In this document: positions 33,174 through 45,400 of the stretch, one piece after another
How the letters are laid out: every line of letters starts with the position of its first letter
Position numbering within the stretch: position 1 is the first letter of the stretch
Source: Heteronotia binoei
Taxonomy: Eukaryota
Reading direction: 5' to 3'
DNA: 64,000 bases
NCBI RefSeq assembly: GCF_032191835.1
Contig: NC_083237.1
Span: 18,290,001 to 18,354,000 of the forward strand
The notes under the pieces: model-generated
What the model saw: only the letters and a program-made list of their open reading frames with translations
What the model was told of the DNA's origin: nothing
Database searches by the model: none
Position numbers and translations under genes: made by a program

Positions 33174-36085
33174 TAAGAAGTATGCGGATTTCACCGATGT
33201 CTTTGAAGAGACAGAAGCCGATCAGCTTCCCCCGCACCGGCCCTATGACTGTGCCATTGATCTAGTACCAGGGACACCACTCCCGGCGGGGCACTTGTAC
33301 CCAATGTCGGAGCCTGAGTTGGCAGCTCTGCGAGACTTTCTGGACAAGAACCTGAAACGCGGATTCATCCGACCCTCAATCTCTCCCCTGTCTGCCCCAG
33401 TCCTCTTCGTGAAGAAGAAAAGTGGGGAGCTTCGGCTGTGCAACGACTACCGGGCCCTGAACAAGATCACCATCCGAGACCGGTGCCCTCTATCCCTGAT
33501 CCCTAAACTCTTGGATCGCCTAAGGGGGTCTAAATCTACACCAAGCTGGACCTCCGTGGAGCATACAATTTGGTGCGCATACGGCCCGGAGACGAGTGGA
33601 AGACCACCTTTGGGACCCGCTACGGGCAGTACGAGCACCTGGTGATGCCTTTCAGGTTGACCAACGCTCCCGCGGTCTTCCAGAGGTTCATGAATGACGT
33701 GTTCCGGGACCTGCTCAACCGCTTCGCGATCATATACCTGGATGACACCCTGATTTACTCCCACAGTCCGGCCCAACACACCGAAAACGTCCGCCAGGTC
33801 CTGCAGCGCCTACGAGCCCATGGCCTCTACACCAAACTGGAGAAGTGCGAATTTGACCTGCGGTCTGTCGAGTTCCTCGGTCATATTGTGTCACCATGGG
33901 GGATCCTCATGGACCCGAAAAAAGTAGAAGCGGTCCTACACTGGCAGGCCACTCAGAATCGCAAAGACCTGCAGCAGTTCCTTGGTTTCGCTAAGTGCTA
34001 TCGGCAATTCATCCCAGCCTATGCATCCCTGACCACACCCCTGACTCAGCTATTCCGCCCCAAAGAACCCTTCCGCTGGTCCCCAGAGGCCGAGGACGCC
34101 TTCTCCACCCTGAAGACCCGCTTTGCCACCAGGCCACTCCTGAGGTACCCTGACGCCCAGCTCCCCTTTACGGTGGAAGCTGATGCCTCCAACGTGGCTC
34201 TGAGAGCAGTCCTATCCCAGCACGGGGAGCCATCCCAGCCACTCCAGCCCTGTGCCTATTACTCGCGCCAGCTCACTACTGCAGAGAGGAACTATACCAT
34301 CTGGGAGAGGGAGTTACTCGCGATCAAGGCGGCTTTTGAGGTTTGGCGACATTACCTCGAAGGGGCTCACCACCCTGTTTAAGTACTCAATGACCACCGG
34401 AACTTGGAGCACCTCCAGACCACCCGCCGTCTCAACCAGCGCCAGATCCAGTGGTCCCTATTCTTCTCCCGCTTTGACTTCCGGGTCACATACATCCCCC
34501 ATACCCAGAACCGGAAAGCGGATGCGCTCTCGCGAAAACCGGAATACGCACCTGCTTTGACTGAGACCGCGCCTGCTACGCCCATCCTGCCGCCCTTTGT
34601 GTTCGCAGCCACCTCCACTTCACCAGCGCTCGTGGAGGACATTCATGCTAGCCAAGCCAACGATCCCTGGGTCCAGCGACACCTCCAGGCACTCCAAGAT
34701 GGCTCAACAGGCGAGTTCACAACTCGAGGCGGCCTCTTGCTACACAGCGAACGCTTGTATGTACCGCCCGGGCCCTTGCAGGCAGAAGTGCTACACCTGA
34801 CCCACGACTCGTTACCTGCCGGGCACTTTGGACAACATAAGACCACCCACTTGCTGACACGGGAATTCTGGTGGCCACGAGTTCGCTCCGATGTTGCCCG
34901 ATATGTCAGCTCCAGTGACATCTGTCGACGGGCCAAAAACATCCCAGCCAAACCCTCGGGATTGTTACAGCCCTTACCCACACCCTCTGGACCCTGGGAC
35001 ACCATCTCGATGGACTTCATCACAGAACTTCCGCGATCCAAGGGTCAGACTTGTATCTTGGTGGTTGTCGACCTATTTACAAAGATGGCTCACTTCATTC
35101 CGTGTCCAAAGCTTCCCACAGCTCCGGAGACGGCTCAACTCTACCTACAACACATCTTTCGACTGCATGGACTCCCAACCCACCTGGTCTCAGACCGGGG
35201 CACCCAGTTCTCCTCTCGATTCTGGCAAGCCCTCCATTCCAGTCTGGGTACTCAAGTGCACCTGTCTTCAGCCTACCACCCACAGACGGATGGTCAGACG
35301 GAGCACACCAATGCCATGCTAGAGCAATATCTCCACTGTTACACCTGTTACCAGCAGGACAACTGGACCACTCTGCTGCCCCAGCGGAGTTTGCATACAA
35401 CAACGCGGTCCATTCATCCACCCAAATGACACCATTTGCTGCAACCTACGGGTACCATCCTCAGTTTTTTCCGACCATCCTGCCACCCACGACGGTCCCT
35501 GCCGTCGAAGCCTACCTGCAAGAACTCCACGCCAGCCAAGACTTGCTCCGCGAACAGCTACAACGGACCAAGGAAGCATATAAACTGGCCGCGGATCGGA
35601 AGAGCCAAGAAGACCCTCCCATACAGCCGGTGGATCGGGTATGGCTCTCCACTCACTACCTGCGTGGCCGGGTCAGTCTCACAAGCTAGAGGCCCGGTTC
35701 ATTGGACCCTACCCCGTCATGGAACAAGTAAACCCTGTTGCCTTCAGGCTCCAGTTGCCACCCGACCTCCGCATTCACCCTGTGTTCCATCACTCCCTCC
35801 TGGTTCCAGCTGCACCCCCTGACCCAGCCCGGTCCCCTTCTCCACTGCCACCACCACCGGTGCTGGTGGATGATGAAGAAGAATATGAGGTGCACCAGAT
35901 TCTGGACTCCCGGTACCATCGTGGGGGTCTCCAGTACCTGGTAGACTGGGAGGGATACGGCCCAGAAGACCAGTCCTGGAAGCTGTGGACTGCCTTCATG
36001 CCCCGGACCTGGTACAGCAGTTCCACACCGACCACCCCGACCTCCTCGGCCCTTCGACGGGGGGGGGGGGGCCTGGGAGGGATAG

Positions 36086-36736
36086 TGTCATGGGTGCTGG
36101 GGACCCTGCAGAAGAAGCCGAGCCTGCAGAAGAAACTGTGTCCCTGCCACCTGCACCAGTGCACCTGCCTCCTGTGGGAGAGGATCCAAGCCCCCCTGCC
36201 TCGCCCTCTCGGGTGGCTCGGGTGCGTGACCGCCTTCGTCAGGACCTCAGGGATCGGAGGAGAGCGGCACTCTCACAAGCAAGACGCTCCCTGAGCCCTG
36301 AGTTTTAAAAGGATCCTGGCCCTTCTGGGAGTGAGGATGCTTGAGTCTCAGCAGGATCCTGGCACCCTCTGAGTCAGCACTTAGCCCAAATCGGCAACAG
36401 GCAGCAGAGGGCTATATAGCTGTGGGCTTTGGGAGGAGGCTTTGTGGAAGCAACTAGTCACTTTCTTGACGTTCCAGCATCCACTTCGGTTTCTGACTTT
36501 GACTTCTGGACCCCCTGACATTGGCTTGGACTTCTGGACCCCCTGACCTTGGCTTGGACTTCTGGACTCCCTGACTTTGGCTTGGACTTCTGGACCCCCT
36601 GACTTCGGCCCCTGAACCCCTGATCTACGATACCAGGACTGTGATTCAGCTTTGGCGCATCGGACCCTCGTTGCTCACCCGCTACAGGCCTGGGACTGCC
36701 CCTGGACTTTGCCTGACCCGGCCCCAGCTCGTGACA
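36086..36736 (+). repeat. 3' LTR of the chromovirus (651 bp)
   Basis: TGTCATG...CGTGACA after the PPT. Mag sequence resumes immediately after. Confidence 0.8.
36501..36612 (+). repeat. 4 x 28-bp tandem repeat inside the LTR
   Basis: Unit GACTTCTGGACCCCCTGAC(A/C/T)TTGGCTTG, with no spacers. Confidence 0.9.
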
Positions 36737-38903
36737 CAGACGCCACAGATTTTGTCGCAGCACATGCTGCGGTGGAATCAGTTCCTAAACTTTCGTATGC
36801 CCTGGTCCACCACCCGGGCAAGGCGATGGGACACGCGGATGCCCTCAGTCGCCTGCCGGTGCCCTCCATGGACCTGGACCCGGACCCAGCCCCAGCCCAC
36901 CATGTGATGCTCATTGAAAAGCTACCGGAGAGACCCCTCCACGCCACCGAGGTAGCAAAGGCCACGGGGCGGGACAAAATACTCACGCGGGTTCTCGACT
37001 GGGTGGGGATGGCCCGAGAGAAAACAGGCCGAAGAATTCAGGGCATTCACAACATGCAGGAAAGAACTGTCCACTCACAAGGGGTGTCTTCTCTGGGGAA
37101 GCAGGGTGGTGGTCCCCCCCCCCCATTGCAGAAACAAGTGCTGGAGGCCCTACACAAAACTCATCCAGGGATTGTACGGATGAAGGCCCTAGCACGCAGT
37201 TATGTATGGTGGCCGGGGATGGATGAAGAGATCGAGGGGTGGGTTCGAAGATGCCAGGCCTGCCAGGAATCCCAGCCCAAACCGCCCAGTGCCTCTGTCC
37301 ACCGCTGGGAAGCCCATAAGAGGCCGTGGTCTAGCATACACATTGACTTTGCGGGGCCATTTCAGGGCCAAACATTCTTCATTCTGGTGGACCAAGTGGT
37401 TGGAAATTATTCCTGTAGCTTAAACCTCAACGGTGGCGGCGGTCCGGGCGTTGCGCAGGGTCCTTTGCACGCACGGGATTCCCGACACCATCGTCTCAGA
37501 TAATGGGACCACGTTCACCTCCCAGGAATTCCGAGAGTTCTTGCAGAGATATCTAATACAACACATACGGTCCGCCCCCTTCCATCCGGCCACCAACGGC
37601 CAAGTGGAGCAGATGGTGCGCACCACAAAAGAGGCCCTGGGACATATAGTGCAGGGGGTCTGGGACCACCGCCTGGCTGCCTTCTTATTTAATAATAGAA
37701 TCACCCCTAACCCAGTCACCTTTGGCTTGGGGTGAGCCCAGCAGAGTTGTTAATGGGGAGGAAGCTGATCACAAGGTTAGACCGGTTGCACCCCGACCGG
37801 GCCACCAACCTCCGTAGTTCCCCCGAGATCAGGGAGGTGGCTAGGGGGTTCTTCCCTGAGGATCCAGTGTATGCAAGGAACTACGCAAGCAGCCCCGAGT
37901 GGGTAGCGGGCCAGGTGCTATGAGTGACCGGGTCCCGCTACTATGACATCTCAACGGAGGGGGGCCACATCCTGCGGAGGCATATAGATCAGATACGCCA
38001 CCGCACCTTGCTGGAAGAGCCAGCTGTAGTAAGGAACGGGGATGAACCAACAGCCGCAACCACACCGAGAGATACCCCGCCCATGCCGAGCGCTCCAACC
38101 GCATGGGCGGAAGTGCAGCACCATGGCTGGGGCAACCCCCCAGGAGTAGGGGCACCAGAAAGACAACAGGTGGTGGACAGCCCTATGCTGGCATTACCCC
38201 CATGCGGGGAAACCACCACTTCAGCAGCTGCGGCCCTGTCAGCCCCGGTGGCCGCTCCTACTCCACAAGTAACTCCAAGGAGGTCAACCAGGGAACACAA
38301 GGCCCCAACATACTTGCAAGACTATGTGTCCTGAACTAGGGGGGGAGGAGTGTTATGTCTTGAAACGTAAGCTAATGTACCGCATGGCGATCGCTACAGA
38401 GGTGACCAAGGGAAACCCACTGCTCCCCGGATGTAGCTCGCTAGACGCTCCGCCCATCAAGATCTGTGGCAGGAAGTTTGACTGGCCAGGATTGGACTGG
38501 TCAGACTGGGGGGCAGTTCCGGGGAATGTATATAAGCGGGACCCGGCCCGCGTGTTCTCTCTTTTGTAATGTACCATCAAATAAAGCATGTTGCCTTCAA
38601 CCCGTCTCATCACTCAGTACATTATATCCGTCATTCACCGTGCTATCTCTTTTTCCAGAAAAAAGGCCCTGCATATGTCTTAGGTTGTGTTAGACTACTG
38701 GATTTTTAGGGTGTTCTGTTCAGAACTTTTAATGATTCTATGCTCTTTGTTGCTTTATTATGTTTTAGGTTGTAAACCTGCTTGCACAGGTTCTCTGCAC
38801 AAGTGGTGCAGACATGTTCTAAATCAATAAACAAATAGATTCATCCAAGGAGAAGTTGCTCACTGATTTTGCATGGCTACTTCTTGTCTGAGAATAGGAA
38901 GTA

Positions 38904-39862
38904 GGCATACATTGTCCAAGTCACACTGATCTCCCAGATGTCTTACTGTGGTCCTAACATCTGTTGTCCATCCCTGGACCAAAGGAGGCTAGGTTGCAGC
39001 AAACGCGAGCTAGGGCCTTCTCGGTGGCAGCGCCAGAATTGTGGAATGCTCTCCCAGAGGCCATAAGCGCCCTGCGGGACCTTTCTACTTTCTGCAGGGC
39101 CTGTAAGACCGAACTGTTTCGACAGGCCTTTGAGATCTAACCAGGAGAGAGCTGCCACTCTACATCATTATAGAGTACCATTTACATTTACATTTACATT
39201 ACACTACGTTATATTATAGTGATACAGCACCATGAAATGAAATGGAATGATTTTAAATATTTAAATGTTTTAAATAATTTTAAATTGTAGCTTTTTATTG
39301 GTTCAATTGTAAAAATGGATGTTAGCTGCTCTGAGTCCGCTTGCAAAGAGGGCGGGATAGAAATTTAAAGTAATAAATAAGTAATAATAAATAATAATTG
39401 ATCATTTTTTGTGTGATCCTGGCCCAATTCTGGCTTTGGCTTGCCCCCACTTCCAAAGGCTCCCCTCATTAGTCAGATTGTCATGGATATTGGGGTGATC
39501 TTAGGCAACATTTTGTTTTCTGTGCTGTCCTACGGTTCTGTGATTGCCACCTTGATTAAAAACTCTAGCAAAGGCAATTGGGCAAAGTCCTTCTCCACCA
39601 ATTCCACTTGTTGGTGTTCACACTTTTCTATGGCCCATTAGCAGGGATGTATGTACAGCCAGAGGGAAAAACTGATTCAAATATCACTAAGACTGTAACA
39701 CTCCTCTATGCTGCCTTAACACCCTTTCTCAACCCCATGATTTACTGTCTGAGGAATGATCAGGTGAAAGAGGCACTGTTCCAATTATGGAGGAGAAAGG
39801 CGGTCTTTTTGAAAAGTAAAATTGACAGTGTAAAAAAGAGGAAAGGGTCAGGAAAAATATAA
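38904..39862 (+). pseudogene. 5'-truncated B-type OR fragment 2
   Basis: Same truncation point and insert as 15159-16120, plus a frameshift near 39600. Confidence 0.9.
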
Positions 39863-40917
39863 CAAAACATTCAAGATTAGTGTATGAGGAAAAGCTGAAC
39901 TGTACAATGCTGGACAACAGAGGGACTTAAATGGCACTATTATCCGACCTCAGTCGCGTGTGCTCTCCTGCCTTCTTTGGTTTTACATAATCCAAATCCT
40001 ATTGCCCCTATATAGATTTTCTGACCATCGCAGCATACAGAAGAGCCTTCTTTTAAGCCAGGTTCAATGTGCTCCCTACTGCTGTTCTTAGTGGGCGCTA
40101 CATGAGAAAGCCCTATTCTGAGAGATTATGTGGTTGTGGATTCAGCTCTGCTGCAACTGTAAAACACGTGGTTTTTTGCTTGCCAAAGGTATAACTACTT
40201 AAGAAAACAGTTTATCGACTCACTGATTTTCGATATAGATCTGGCTGTGGCAAATAAGCTCCAACTTTTGTTTGGTGGCTTTGATCTAAGCATCCCAGTT
40301 TCAGTTGTAAAATTTCTTCTGAGAGTGTTTAGATTTAAGAGACAAGAGGATGATTTTATGAAAATGGAAAACGATGTTTTAGGTTGCGCACTTTGCTGAT
40401 TCTAAACATTTATTTTGTAAAATCTGTAAAATCTATATTATTGATGAATTTTCTATTTCATTACCATTTTTATGACCATATAGTCTGTGAGCAATAAATA
40501 TATATATGATATGAAAAGAAAAAAGAGTTGCTGCTCCCTGTTCAATGTTTCCAACCCCTTTGTGCACTGGAAGACAACACACATTTCCACTAGAATACTA
40601 TGTAGGTGCTTTTGAAGCATTTATTCTGTAATAAATACAGTAAAATGAATTCTCCATTATTTTGTCAGGCACTCACAACCGTATAATTCTTATGCATTCC
40701 AGCAAGTGCAATAAAAATAATCGTATGCAAAAATCACTACTGTTTCTCTATATGATCTAATTGTAGGTAATGATGATTTATATTTGTAGATATGTTATAG
40801 AGATGGTTTTAGTGTTGTTGGCTCAATACAGAATTTTTATATTTTGAAAATCAAATATTTGAAATGTGAACTCTCCCATTCTCCCAAAAAATTCTCCCCA
40901 AAATCAAATAACTACTT

Positions 40918-41190
40918 GAGAGCCAGTTTGGTGTAGTGCTTAAGTGGCAGACTCTTATCTGAGAGAACCAGGTTTGATTCCCCACTCCTCCACTTGCAGC
41001 TGCTGGAATGGCCTTGGGTCAACCAAAGCTCTCACAGAGCTGTCCTTGAAAAACGGCAGCTGCTGTGTGAGCTCTCTCACCCCCACCCACCTCACAGGGT
41101 GTCTGGTGTGGGGGCGAAGGTAAAGGAGATTATGACTGCTCTGAGATTCAGAGTATAGAGTGGGATATAAATCCAATATCTTCTTCTTTT
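40918..41190 (+). mobile_element. tRNA-derived SINE (Squam3-like), full length
   Basis: A/B-box-like head, ~270 bp and (TCT)n tail. Confidence 0.75.
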
Positions 41191-41227
41191 ATTTTTCTGA
41201 GTTTGAAATGTGAACTATCCCATTCTC

Positions 41228-42408
41228 TCGCGCCAACTCTCTTTACGATCTTCTTTAGCATGATGCTTCAAAGAGCCGCAGTAGATCTAAATGATGACAA
41301 TGGTGTCTACATCCGCTATCATACCGATGGCAGCCTGTTCAACCTGAGGCGACTAAAGGCCCATTCCAAGACAATGAAAAAACTTATCTGAGAGCTACTG
41401 TTTGCTGACGATGCTGCACTTGTCTCCCACTTGGTATCAGCTCTGCAGCATGTGACGTCCTGCTTTGCAGAGGCTGCCAAGCTATTTGGCCTAGAAGTTA
41501 GTCTGAAGAAGACAGAAGTTTTCCACCAGCCTGCACCCCAGGAAGATTATCATCCTCCCTGCATCACTGTGGGTGGATCAGTTTTGAAGACAGTCCAGCA
41601 GTTCAGCTACCTGGGGCGCATCATCTCCTCAGACGCCAAGATCGACAAGGAGATAGACAACAGGCTGGCAAAGGCAAACCGTGTATTCGGCCGACTGCAC
41701 AAAAGAGTGTGGAGCAACAAGCATCTGAAAAAAGGCACAAATATCAATGTTTATAAAGCGGTTGTGATGACGACCCTTATCTATGGCTCCGAATTGTGGG
41801 TTTTATACGATCATCACCTGCGACTCCTTGAGCGCTTTCATCAGCGCTGCCTTCGCACCATCCTCAACATCCACTGGAGTGACTTTGTGACCAACATTGA
41901 AGTCCTCAAGCGGGCGGAGGTTATAAGCATTGAGGCACTGCTGTTGAAGACGCAGCTGCGCTGGGCAGGGCATATTTCCAGGATGGAAAACCACCGCCTT
42001 CCCAAGATTGCCCTGTATGGTGAACTTTCCACCAGCCATCGAAATAAAGGGGCACCAAAGAAGAGATACAAGGACTCCTTGAAGAAATATCCTGGTACCT
42101 GTTGCATCAACCATCACCAGTGGTCTAACATAGCCTCCGATCGCAAAGCATGGAGGCACACCATTCACCAGGCCATCTCTTTCTTTGAGAACGCACGTAT
42201 AGCTGGTCTTGAGGACAAAAGGAGATTGAGGAAGAATTGCACTGCTACATCATCAACCCCAAATCAGACTTTTCCCTGCAGCCATTGTGGCCGGACCTGC
42301 CTGTCCCGCATTGGTCTTGTCAGCCACCAGCGAGCCTGCAGCAGACGTGGACTACTGCACCTTTCTTAAATCTTTGTTCATGAAGTCAAGCTGTGAAGAG
42401 AGAGAGAG
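41228..42408 (+). mobile_element. RTE-clade LINE 3' fragment (same family as 6963-9114)
   Basis: ORF 41431-42369 matches the RTE C-terminus. In-frame stop near 41389 and (GA)n tail. Confidence 0.9.
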
Positions 42409-45400
42409 TATATTGGGAAAGCTATCAAAGGTGCTGTGGTCCCCGACCTACAAACTGAGTTTATATCCATCTGAAAGCAAAACAAAAACCCCGAAGAGAC
42501 TAGTATTGAGAAATCCATATTACACCCACCCCTTGAGTTCCATAGCCGTGAGGTAAAATTCAAAAGGAAGAACTGAGGCGGAAGAGGGGCTGGGGTAGCC
42601 ATAAGCCGCATATAGAAGCGATACAGTGAGACCGCGAGGCCGCTGTTATAAGTGGTTGCCAGCGTCGGGATTTCAAAGAAAAACCCAAAAATAAGTGTCA
42701 CTAGGACACACAGAAAGTAGAGGGACACTGCAGTAAAGGAATTGACAGTTTTGTGAAAAATTCTTGTCAGAAATGGCTCCTCCTAAGAGAACTACCACAG
42801 CCACTGGGGATGGGCAGACACAAGAAGAGATTCCTGAAAAGAATCCTAGTCAGAGCATGGAGGCTATGAAAATGCGGTTAGAATTGGCCAGAATAGAATC
42901 CGAAAAAGAAATTCAGATTGCCAAAATTCAAGCAGAGAGAGAAAAAGAAATACAAATGGCTAGACTAGAGGCAGAAAGAAAGAACAGAGAACGCGAGAAA
43001 GGGAAAAAGAGAGAGAACATGAGGAAAAAATGTGCAGTTTGAAACTCCAGGAGATTCAGGCGGGGCCAGAGTTTCAACGTGACACTAGAAGTGAAAGGCG
43101 CCTCACAGTTGAACAAAAGAAATTCCCCAAGTACCAAAAAGGGGATGATGTAGAATCTTTTTTATTTAATTTTGAAAGGACCTGTAAAGATTTAAAAGTT
43201 GCTGATGAGGAGACCTCTGATTATCAATTATACAAGGAAAGAGTGAGAGTTCACTTTGGCTTGACAGCAGAGCAAAGTAGGAAAAAATTCAGAAAAATCA
43301 GAAGAAAGCCTGGAGAAACATACTCTCAACTAGGTTGTCGGTTAGACAGAGCCCTGGACAGATGGGTAGAAGGGAGTAAAGTTTCCACATTAGGAGACTT
43401 GAAAAACTTAGTTGGCTTGGAACAGTTTTATAACCAAGTCCCCTCTCAGTATAGGTGGGTTCTGAGAGATAACAAATTGAAAACAGTAGAAGAAGCAGCT
43501 GTGATTCTAGATGAGATTGAATCAGATCTAGGTAGATCAATGTGGACTGCTCCAAATAAAAAAAACCTAAGTCTGGAACTCTCCAGAAAAGTCTGGGGCA
43601 GGTAACAACAACCCTGCAAGGCGGTACAGTCCACCTCCATATAAAAAGACGGAGGCTGCTTGTTTCCAATGCGGAGAAATAGGGCATTATGCTAGATCCT
43701 GTCCAAGGAAGGACAAAGGGAAAAAGACACCACAAAATAAGGCAGTTAAAGTGGTGCAGTACCTAAAGCAAGAGGCAGATACAAAACCCTCACTTCCAGA
43801 GAACACACCACCAGAAAAACCCACTAGTGTTCTGAAGGTATGGAAGGTGCAGGAAGGCTTGAGTGAGGAGTATACTGAGACTGTGACAGTAAATGACCAG
43901 GAGGTCAAGGCTTATAGAGACACAGGGGCGCAGGTTTCCCTGATACAGCCAAGCTTAGTACAAAGTCATCAGTATTTACTAGGGAAATCATACACCATAA
44001 AAGGCATTAGAGGACCTGCATTTGAAGTGGCCCTAGCAGCAGTTCCAATCAAGTACAAAGAGTTCCAAGGCGATTGGATAATAGGAGTCCTAAATGATAT
44101 AGGAACCTCGCTTTTAGTAGGCAATGATTTAGCTTCTGAGTTAAAGAGACAGCAAGCTAATCCAGCAAACATTGTTATGAGAAGCAAGCCAAAACCAGCA
44201 GCTGATGTGTTGGTACAGCAACCAGAAGAAGAGGAAACAGTGTTGCAGACCATCCCTGCTGCAGAATTCCTCAGAGAACAGCAACAGGATGACAGCCTGA
44301 AAGAACTATGGCAGAGAGCTGGGGTGAGTAATACTGAGATCACAATTGAACATCCGTGCCAATTTAAAGTGATAGACCAAAAGCTATACCGAGTAGCATT
44401 AAAAAGAAAACATAACATAGTATGGGAAAGAAAGAAGCAATTAGTCCTGCCAAGAAAGTATAGGATGCAAGTGTTGGATTTGGCTCATGCATCACCCATG
44501 GCCTCTCACCTTGGCATCAATAAGACAAGGGACCGAGTGCAAGAACGGTTCTCTTGGCCAAATATGGGCAAGGACATAGGGCTTTTTGTAAATCGTGTCA
44601 GGCCTGCCAATTGGTGGGGAAAGCCCTAGATAAAACCAAAGGTCTATTACAACTAGTCCCTATAGTCATGGAAGCCTTTGGGAAGATAGGAGTAGATATC
44701 GTTGGTCCTATCTCCAGAGTGACCAGAAGGGGAAACAAGTACATCCTTACCATCATAGACTATGCCACTAAGTTTCCAGAAGCGGTTCCACTTAAGGACA
44801 TTGAGGCTAAAACCGTGGCGGAAGCCCTGTTGAATGTGTTTGCAAGATTGGGTTTTCCGAAAGAGATGGTGACTGATTTAGGCACCACATTCATGTCAAA
44901 TGTAATGCAAGAACTGTTGAGAGCTTGTGGGATCCAGCATGTGACCACAACAGCATACCATCCACAAGCAAATGGCCTAAATGAAAGATTTAATGGCACC
45001 CTGAACCATATGCTGAAAACCTATGCATACAAGCATCCCAACGATTGGGACCAGCGGTTGCAACACCTGTTCTTCAGGTACAGGGAGGTACCCCAAGAAA
45101 GTTCCGAGTTCAGCCCATTTGAACTCTTGTATGAAAGATAAGCCAGAGGACCCCTTGATGTTCTGAAAGAGGCGTGATCCAGGAACGAGGACATCCAGGA
45201 GGCAGATGTCATCTCTTACCTATACGAACTACAACAGCATCTGCAGGAGGTGAGGACGGCTGCTGCAGACAACATGAGAAGATTGCAACGACGGCAGAAA
45301 CAGCGGTACGACTTCAAGTCCAGAGACAGAGAGTTCAAGCCAGGAGACAGAGTACTGGTTTTGAAACCCAGGAAGAAGAACAAGTTAGATGTGGCCTGAG

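Larger units (their letters stand above)
33174..36736 (+). mobile_element. Chromodomain-bearing Gypsy (chromovirus, sushi-like), 5' part missing
   Basis: [53 protein letters not shown] motif and chromodomain [26 protein letters not shown]-rich PPT precedes the 3' LTR. Multiple frameshifts. Confidence 0.9.
30461..38626 (+). mobile_element. Mag-type Gypsy copy 2, 5' internal part replaced by L1 and chromovirus sequence
   Basis: LTRs at 30461-30736 and 38351-38626 with the same TSD TCCGT as copy 1. Mag RNase H/integrase remnants resume at 36737. Confidence 0.9.
20527..41220 (+). repeat. Second copy of the ~20.5-kb segmental duplication (diverged TE content)
   Basis: 20527 onward aligns with position 1 onward (A1 to A2 offset 20509). 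It shares the RTE-X relic, MITEs, the Mag element with the same TSD, and the OR fragment. Confidence 0.85.

Noticed and set aside
33174-36085. Domesticated PEG10/RTL-like gene
   Set aside because: It has several frameshifts, no gag, and a retained PPT and LTR.
36501-36612. 28-bp repeats as a CRISPR array
   Set aside because: They are head-to-tail with no spacers, inside a eukaryotic LTR, and there are no cas genes.
42764-43710. Host SCAN zinc-finger gene
   Set aside because: There are no C2H2 fingers. It is flanked by a PBS and pol domains, and the frame is broken.
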